A DNA stretch of 64,000 bases. Origin: Nitrospirota bacterium (GTDB taxonomy: Bacteria > Nitrospirota > 9FT-COMBO-42-15 > HDB-SIOI813). The stretch is from the NCBI GenBank assembly GCA_020846775.1, contig JADLDG010000023.1, positions 75,298 to 139,297 on the forward strand, in the 5' to 3' direction. Positions 58,621 through 64,000 of this stretch are shown here, piece after piece (positions within the stretch are counted from its first letter, which is position 1; each line of letters begins with the position of its first letter). A program made the translations under genes and the position numbers. The notes under the pieces were generated by a model that saw only the letters and a list, made by a program, of their open reading frames with translations, was not told the DNA's origin and did no database searches.

Positions 58621-58722
58621 TAAAGGTTTAGTTTAATTTAAACTAAACAGAATTTGTTGTCAACACCGGATTCAGAAGATTACTCGGCTGCCAAATCCAT
58701 ATATTTCAACCGAATAAACCAC

Positions 58723-59253
58723 CTACCGTGAAATCTTGATAATCGGCACAAGTTTCACGGGATTCTTCAAAGTGAAGACTACAGGACATCTCTGGATTGC
58801 GAGTTCCTCAGCCTCTTTAATTTTTTCTTCAGGTGCGTCACTCACAACATTGAGGGTTACCCTGACCTCTTCCATCACAGGCTGATCTCCCAAACCAAAT
58901 ACCCGGGAAAAATTGATATCAGCCTCAACCCTTGTAGTCAGCTTTTTTAACTCAATACCGAGCATTGCAGCCATGGTAGCAAAAGTTGCTGTATAGCAGG
59001 AAGCGAGGCCATAAAAGCAGTAGTGCATAGGCCCTGGCAACTTTCCACTCCCCCCCATAAACGTTGGACTATCAACTTCAAATACCGTTTGTCCACCTTC
59101 AAAGTTGATTGTGGATTTAAATTGTGCGCCCCCATCATTTAGAAGCCATTCCCCTTCTATCACCTGAGTCTTTTTAGCCTTATTTGCATCACCCTTAATC
59201 TGATTACCAAAATCTACCACCTTGTTTAGATCAATATTATTTATCCTAGCCAT
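58723..59253 (-). CDS. OsmC/Ohr family protein (organic hydroperoxide reductase-like)
   Basis: 176 aa. Two conserved Cys in the OsmC arrangement (…HYCFYGLASCYTATF…). Confidence 0.8.
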   Translation of the reverse strand: MARINNIDLNKVVDFGNQIKGDANKAKKTQVIEGEWLLNDGGAQFKSTINFEGGQTVFEVDSPTFMGGSGKLPGPMHYCFYGLASCYTATFATMAAMLGIELKKLTTRVEADINFSRVFGLGDQPVMEEVRVTLNVVSDAPEEKIKEAEELAIQRCPVVFTLKNPVKLVPIIKISR

Positions 59254-59364
59254 TTGCTTCCCCCTTTCACCTCTTTATTATATAAGGTCTTATAACACGG
59301 TCACTCATGGGTGGTCAACATTTTTTACTTGCTAATCACACACTGCATGTTATAGCATAAATAT

Positions 59365-59550
59365 ATGATAAAGAATTTAAGATGTCCTTCATGCGGCCAT
59401 AGCGGGGATATTAATGTTTTTATGCCCGGTTCATTAATGATGGAGGGTCTTTTGTGGATGCTCATAGTACCCGGGCTGTTTTACTCGTTATGGAGGCGAT
59501 CAAAAAAAAGGGTGATTTGTCCTCATTGCAGCACAGAGTTCAGGATCTGA
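59365..59550 (+). CDS. Small zinc-ribbon membrane protein (61 aa)
   Basis: CPSCGH … central hydrophobic helix … CPHC. Two CxxC pairs flank a TM segment. Precedes the UPF0182 gene. Confidence 0.45.
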   Translation: MIKNLRCPSCGHSGDINVFMPGSLMMEGLLWMLIVPGLFYSLWRRSKKRVICPHCSTEFRI

Positions 59551-59676
59551 TCAACAGCTTTTTTATGTGCCAGTGCCTTGTCCTCATACAGACAGGTTGA
59601 ACCATAATCAAATGATGATGAATAGACAAATGCAGTATCACTGTGTATAATCTGTACGAGTTAACCTTTTGTCCAA

Positions 59677-62448
59677 TTGACCATAAATAAAATGCTATCC
59701 AGAAAATTTATTTCTTTCATTATTTATACTGTAATATTGCTTCTGTTTTTTATTGTGCCCAATTTCCTTGGATTGCTTACTGACTGGTATTGGTTTCAGG
59801 AAATCGGTTTTAGTAATATTTTCTCAACCATTCTGATTACAAAAATTTATTTGGGGGTGGCAGCCGGGATTATAAGTTTTGTATTCATCTACTTCAATCT
59901 ATGGCTGGCGCAGCGCCTTGTTGTGTCAAGACCTCTGGTTGTACGGATGCCGTCAGGGGTTGGTACACAAACTGACATTGGTAGGAAGTTAGATCTTACG
60001 AGATATGTCAATACATTCGCCCTGCCAATTTCGTTAATGCTTGGATTTTTCCTGGGACTCGCCGGGGCCGGCAGCTGGGAATCTGTGCTTAAGTATTTCA
60101 ATTCAACACCATTCGGGGTGCAGGACCCAATATTTAATCGGGATATTGCATTTTATTTCTTTGATCTTCCGTTTATTCAATCGCTCCTTGGTTTGGGCGT
60201 ATGGCTCATTGTTGTGTCTCTGATAGGAGCAATTGTCAGTTATGCCATGCGGGGGGCTATCACCTTAAATGAGATAATTCCAGGCGCTGGAATCATGAGA
60301 TCGTTATACATGGACAGGCCGGCCAGGATGCACCTGTCAGTTATTGCAGCCCTGTTCTTTGTCCTGACTGCATTTAAGATTTATGCAGTAAGAATCCCCA
60401 GTCTTCTATACAGCTCTGCCGGGCCGTTTACCGGTGCAAGGTTTACCGATATTCACGCTATGCTTCCATTTCTGAAGATACTTATATTTGTTGCTATTGC
60501 CGCTGCTATTCTTTTAATAATAAACATCTTTAAATCAGGCAATCACCTGGTTGCAGCAGCTGTTGTCTTGTATACACTCGTTTCAATCCTGGGCGGTTCG
60601 GTGTACCCGGCCCTACTGCAAAAATTTGTGATTGCTCCTAATGAGCTTATCAAGGAGACTCCTTTTATCAAACACAATATTGAGGCCACTCAAAAGGCTT
60701 TTGCATTAGACAAGATTGAAGAGCGTAATCTTACCGGCGAAACTGTACTTTCTATGGCAGACATCAACAGCAACCGCTCCACCATAAAAAATGTCAGGCT
60801 GTGGGACCGTGAACCGCTGCTTGATACATTCGGACAGCTGCAGGAAATCCGAACATATTATGATTTTATATCTATTGATAACGACCGCTACCGCTTTGAC
60901 GGCGATTACCGCCAGGTTTTACTTTCCCCCAGAGAGCTTAATCCTGTCAGCCTTCCTCAGCGCACCTTTATAAATGAACACTTGACATTTACACATGGCT
61001 TTGGCCTCACCTTAAGTCCTGTCAATGAGGTGACGCCCGAGGGTTTGCCTGTACTCTTTTTGAAAAATCTACCCCCCTCATCAACTATTCCATCTCTTTC
61101 AGTAAGCCGGCCGGAAATATACTATGGGGAACTTGCAGGAAACTGGGTGGTGGTAAATACTAAGACAAAAGAATTTGACTATCCGTCAGGTGAGGAAAAT
61201 GTCTTCGCTGACTATAAGGGCAGCGGAGGGGTCAGGATTGGTTCAATATTCCGCAAGGCCCTGTTTGCACTGAGGTTTGGGTCTATGAAAATACTCTTGT
61301 CCAACGATATTACACCTGACTCAAGAATTATGTATTACCGCACTATTCAGGAGAGGGTCAGACGCGCATTACCATTCCTGAGTTTTGACCGTGACCCATA
61401 TATGGTTGTTACATCTAAGGGAGAATTGAAATGGATATATGACGCATACACCACCTCCGATCGCTACCCATATGCAGAAATGGTCAACGACGCATTCGGT
61501 TCTTTGCCAGGCAGACGCCTCAATTATATAAGAAATTCCGTCAAGGTAGTGATAGATGCCTATGACGGCAAAATGACATTTTATATCGCAGATAAAGAAG
61601 ACCCGGTTATACAGACATATTCCAAAATATTTAAAGGATCGTTTGTTCCGCTTAATGAGATGGATCAGGGACTTAAGACTCATATACGATATCCGGAAGA
61701 TTTATTTGCGTATCAGACAGCGCTTTATACTGTGTATCACATGGATGAGGCGCAGATTTTCTACAATAAGGAAGATCAATGGCAGATTCCTGTTATAACC
61801 AGCGGAAATCAGACTGATTCAATGATGCGGCACATGATTATGAAGCTCCCTGGCGAGATACGGGAAGAGTTTATACTAATGATACCCTTTACACCCCGCG
61901 GCAAAGACAATCTCTCTGCCTGGATGGTGGCGAGAAATGATGGAGAGTTTTACGGGCAGTTGGTGGTGTATCGTTTCCCCAAACAAAAACTGGTTTATGG
62001 ACCCATGCAGATCACCAACCGCATTAACCAGGATGCAGATATCTCCCGTCAGATTTCCCTCTGGGATCAGAGAGGGTCCGAGGTAATAAGGGGAAACCTT
62101 CTGGTTATCCCGATTGAGGAGGCGCTTATTTATATACAACCTATATATCTGAGGGCCGAAGGCGGTAAAATCCCGGAGTTGAAAAGGGTTATTGTTGCAT
62201 ATGAGAACCGCATAGCTATGGAAGAGACATTGGATGCTGCGTTGGCATCCGTATTTGGAGGCAGGGTCACTCAGGATAAGGAGACGACAGAAAGGGTTGC
62301 AACAAAGGAACCCGAGACAGGTCAAATTATATTCCAGCAGGCGAGAGAACATTACAACCGGGCGCTTGAGGCACAGCGCCGCGGCGATTGGGCCCTTTAT
62401 GGCGAAGAGATCAGAAAGCTTGGGGAGTTATTGAGGAAATCCAAGTAA
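59677..62448 (+). CDS. UPF0182 family large membrane protein (COG1615)
   Basis: 923 aa. N-terminal block of about 7 TM helices (…LTDWYWFQEIGF…) then a large extracytoplasmic domain. Recall matches the UPF0182 family but is not verified. Confidence 0.8.
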   Translation: MTINKMLSRKFISFIIYTVILLLFFIVPNFLGLLTDWYWFQEIGFSNIFSTILITKIYLGVAAGIISFVFIYFNLWLAQRLVVSRPLVVRMPSGVGTQTDIGRKLDLTRYVNTFALPISLMLGFFLGLAGAGSWESVLKYFNSTPFGVQDPIFNRDIAFYFFDLPFIQSLLGLGVWLIVVSLIGAIVSYAMRGAITLNEIIPGAGIMRSLYMDRPARMHLSVIAALFFVLTAFKIYAVRIPSLLYSSAGPFTGARFTDIHAMLPFLKILIFVAIAAAILLIINIFKSGNHLVAAAVVLYTLVSILGGSVYPALLQKFVIAPNELIKETPFIKHNIEATQKAFALDKIEERNLTGETVLSMADINSNRSTIKNVRLWDREPLLDTFGQLQEIRTYYDFISIDNDRYRFDGDYRQVLLSPRELNPVSLPQRTFINEHLTFTHGFGLTLSPVNEVTPEGLPVLFLKNLPPSSTIPSLSVSRPEIYYGELAGNWVVVNTKTKEFDYPSGEENVFADYKGSGGVRIGSIFRKALFALRFGSMKILLSNDITPDSRIMYYRTIQERVRRALPFLSFDRDPYMVVTSKGELKWIYDAYTTSDRYPYAEMVNDAFGSLPGRRLNYIRNSVKVVIDAYDGKMTFYIADKEDPVIQTYSKIFKGSFVPLNEMDQGLKTHIRYPEDLFAYQTALYTVYHMDEAQIFYNKEDQWQIPVITSGNQTDSMMRHMIMKLPGEIREEFILMIPFTPRGKDNLSAWMVARNDGEFYGQLVVYRFPKQKLVYGPMQITNRINQDADISRQISLWDQRGSEVIRGNLLVIPIEEALIYIQPIYLRAEGGKIPELKRVIVAYENRIAMEETLDAALASVFGGRVTQDKETTERVATKEPETGQIIFQQAREHYNRALEAQRRGDWALYGEEIRKLGELLRKSK

Positions 62449-62463
62449 AGCAGCATTAACCCT

Positions 62464-62727
62464 TTATCCCGATTCTACACTTTTCCAAGTTGTAACACCC
62501 AGATTCATACTATGAGTTGAGTCTATTCCATTCAGGTGATCATTGCCATTTCCACTACTGCCAGAACCACCGCATCCCGTCAGGATACCTGCAGAAAGGA
62601 CGATGGCAATAATGAAACAAATCACGGCAGCAGAAGGTCTACCATTACTTAAAGAATTATTTTTCATTTTGGCATGACGAGACTCGACGGTTTGCTCACT
62701 TAGGTCAGACTTTATGTTCTTAGTCAT
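62464..62727 (-). CDS. Small putative lipoprotein
   Basis: ATG at 62727 (MTKNIKSD…) with AAAGGGA Shine-Dalgarno. The internal segment …AAVICFIIAIVLSAGILTGCGGSGSSGNGN resembles a lipoprotein signal plus lipobox (LTGC); the true start may instead be the internal MKNNS… at 62667. Begins 60 nt after tRNA-Met. Confidence 0.45.
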   Translation of the reverse strand: MTKNIKSDLSEQTVESRHAKMKNNSLSNGRPSAAVICFIIAIVLSAGILTGCGGSGSSGNGNDHLNGIDSTHSMNLGVTTWKSVESG

Positions 62728-62787
62728 ATCCGTATCCCTTTCTCTGAAAACTTTTCTGATGGTTGCCATAAATGTAGACATTATTTT

Positions 62788-62864
62788 TGGTGGCGGTGCA
62801 GGGAATCGAACCCCGGACAGGAGGCTTATGAAACCTCTGCTCTAGCCGACTGAGCTACACCGCC
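62788..62864 (-). tRNA. tRNA-Met (anticodon CAT; elongator type, tRNA-Ile2 (lysidine-modified CAT) not excluded)
   Basis: 77 nt. Acceptor GGCGGTG/CACCGCC, D arm GCTC-AGTCGGCTA-GAGC, anticodon arm GAGGT-TTCATAA-GCCTC (CAU), T arm CGGGG-TTCGATT-CCCTG, encoded ACCA. No initiator signatures (1:72 is paired, no GGG/CCC anticodon stem). Confidence 0.85.
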
Positions 62865-62867
62865 GGG

Positions 62868-62992
62868 ATTTACGCTGAAAAAGGCCCACTTGCGGCGTCA
62901 GGACATGATATTTGAGCTTCAACGTACAACACAGTACGCCTCAGCTCAAATATCATGTCCTTCCTTGCAATTGGACCTTTTTGAGCGTAAAT
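62868..62992 (-). other. Structured tRNA 5'-leader element, copy B (homolog of 23708-23830), abutting the tRNA-Met 5' end
   Basis: Outer stem ATTTACGCTCAAAAAGG / CCTTTTTCAGCGTAAAT (minus sense; same C·C mismatch position as copy A; T:A to C:G covariation). Inner perfect 18-bp stem GGACATGATATTTGAGCT / AGCTCAAATATCATGTCC (7 compensatory changes versus copy A). Same apical CGTAC-N6-GTACG hairpin and conserved TGCAAGGAAG / CTGACGCCGCA blocks. Confidence 0.5.
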
Positions 62993-63036
62993 CCATGCCA
63001 TCTGAAACTATTATTTCAAATCGCCGTGCAGCATAG

Positions 63037-63065
63037 ACATTAATAAATTTCATCGGTTTTGTCAA
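63037..63065 (-). promoter_or_regulatory. Sigma70-like promoter for the leader-element/tRNA-Met transcript
   Basis: Minus strand: TTGACA (63065-63060), 17-nt spacer, TAATGT (63042-63037). The element begins about 40 nt downstream. Confidence 0.4.
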
Positions 63066-63091
63066 GATGATGCAGCTTTGGCAATATTGTC

Positions 63092-63122
63092 TTGACGTCC
63101 TTACCCCTCCTTGTATTATAAT
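63092..63122 (+). promoter_or_regulatory. Sigma70-like promoter for xseB-ispA
   Basis: TTGACG (63092-63097) … TATTATAAT (63114-63122), 10 nt upstream of the xseB ATG region. Confidence 0.45.
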
Positions 63123-63132
63123 ACGTTAATCT

Positions 63133-63390
63133 ATGGAAAAAGAAATAAAATTTGAAAAGGCGCTGGAGAGGCTTGAGGAGATAGTGCAGACCCTTGAAAA
63201 GGGGGATATGCCTCTGGAAGATTCATTGAAAGTTTTTGAAGAGGGGATCAAACTCTCAAAGACATGTATGGCCAAATTGGATGAGGCAGAAAAGAAGGTT
63301 GAAATATTAGTGAAAAACAGGGAAAAGGCAGTCTTAAAACCCTTTGCTGCTGAATCTACTATCAATGATAATAGTGAAAACGAAGGCTAA
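63133..63390 (+). CDS. xseB: Exodeoxyribonuclease VII small subunit
   Basis: 85 aa. …FEKALERLEEIVQTLEKGDMPLEDSLKVFEEGIKLSKTC… is characteristic of XseB. Confidence 0.9.
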   Translation: MEKEIKFEKALERLEEIVQTLEKGDMPLEDSLKVFEEGIKLSKTCMAKLDEAEKKVEILVKNREKAVLKPFAAESTINDNSENEG

Positions 63391-64000
63391 TTCCATCCTT
63401 AGCGCATACCTCCTGCATAATAAGGATACAATAGACAGATACCTCATGATGCTTGATGGTATCAGTGAAGACATACCCGCAACTTTATATGAATCTATGC
63501 ACTACAGCCTGTCAGCCGGGGGTAAGCGTATAAGGCCAATTCTCGCAATTGCCTCATGCGAGGCGGTGGGCGGCACTATAGATGATGTTATACCGGCTGC
63601 AATTGCAATAGAGATGATTCATACATATTCCCTAATCCACGATGACCTGCCATCCATGGACAATGATGACCTCCGCAGAGGTAAACCTGCAAACCACAAA
63701 GTTTTTGGTGAGGCAACGGCAATACTGGCAGGTGACGGTTTACTGACGATGGCATTTGGTATTTTATCTGACACAAAGAGCTTTAAAAATCAAGCTTATT
63801 TGGAAAGACGCCTGAAGATAATCCGTGAGATTGCCGTTGCTGCAGGACCTGACGGCATGGTTGGCGGTCAGCAATTGGATATTGAAAACGAAGGTAAAAA
63901 AATTGACATTGTGTCAGTTGAAAAACTGCATAACAGGAAGACTGGCGCCCTTATACTGGCTGCGATCCGGACAGGGGGAATTTCCGGAGGGGCGTCTGAA
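63365..64000 (+). CDS. ispA: Polyprenyl diphosphate synthase (farnesyl/geranyl-diphosphate synthase IspA-like); 3' end beyond window
   Basis: …GGKRIRP…, first aspartate-rich motif IHTYSLIHDDLPSMDNDDLRRGKP. Start tentative (ATG 63365 overlapping the xseB end; GTG 63374 also possible). Canonical xseB-ispA synteny. Confidence 0.85.
   Translation, partial: MIIVKTKANSILSAYLLHNKDTIDRYLMMLDGISEDIPATLYESMHYSLSAGGKRIRPILAIASCEAVGGTIDDVIPAAIAIEMIHTYSLIHDDLPSMDNDDLRRGKPANHKVFGEATAILAGDGLLTMAFGILSDTKSFKNQAYLERRLKIIREIAVAAGPDGMVGGQQLDIENEGKKIDIVSVEKLHNRKTGALILAAIRTGGISGGASE

Noticed and set aside
62464-62781. Longer 105-aa version of the lipoprotein ORF starting at 62781
   Set aside because: It would start 7 nt after the tRNA-Met 3' end with no SD. 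The internal ATG at 62727 has AAAGGGA at the proper spacing and a downstream lipobox.

Overview
This 64 kb window is a gene-dense, mostly minus-strand chromosomal segment. Its content (c-di-GMP-I riboswitch, MglA, RpoS-like sigma, fused 2-oxoacid:ferredoxin oxidoreductase, two-subunit pyruvate carboxylase) is compatible with a Deltaproteobacteria/Desulfobacterota-like or related anaerobe, but the phylum cannot be assigned from sequence alone. It is predominantly housekeeping. From the 5' end it contains: an RND efflux pair; a trehalose/alpha-glucan locus (treZ, an eroded treY remnant, glgE, a treS-maltokinase fusion); a PAS sensor kinase; trpS; an M50 protease; a two-subunit pyruvate carboxylase; a DHS-like protein and a beta-barrel protein; apt; an RpoS-like sigma factor; tRNA-Pro; alanine dehydrogenase; a nirB remnant; an OmpR-type two-component pair; a complete TonB-dependent B12 import operon behind a cobalamin riboswitch; a c-di-GMP-I riboswitch with terminator platform in front of a secreted HExxH protein; tRNA-Asn; an orphan mglA; a fused-subunit 2-oxoacid:ferredoxin oxidoreductase; a lipoate ligase; UDP-GlcNAc epimerase/dehydrogenase plus a GT2; tsaC; then a long purine/pyrimidine supercluster (purE, purD, purH, SAM hydroxide adenosyltransferase, pyrD, pyrK, greA, carB, carA, pyrC, pyrB, pyrR with a PyrR attenuator); osmC; a Zn-ribbon peptide; a UPF0182 membrane protein; a lipoprotein; tRNA-Met; xseB and the start of ispA. 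The most unusual signal is a roughly 125-nt nested hairpin element that sits between a sigma70-like promoter and the mature 5' end of two different tRNA genes (tRNA-Pro and tRNA-Met). The two copies share conserved sequence blocks and show multiple compensatory base changes, which points to a conserved structured tRNA 5' leader not explained by known feature classes. No CRISPR arrays, transposases, integrases or obvious defence systems were seen.
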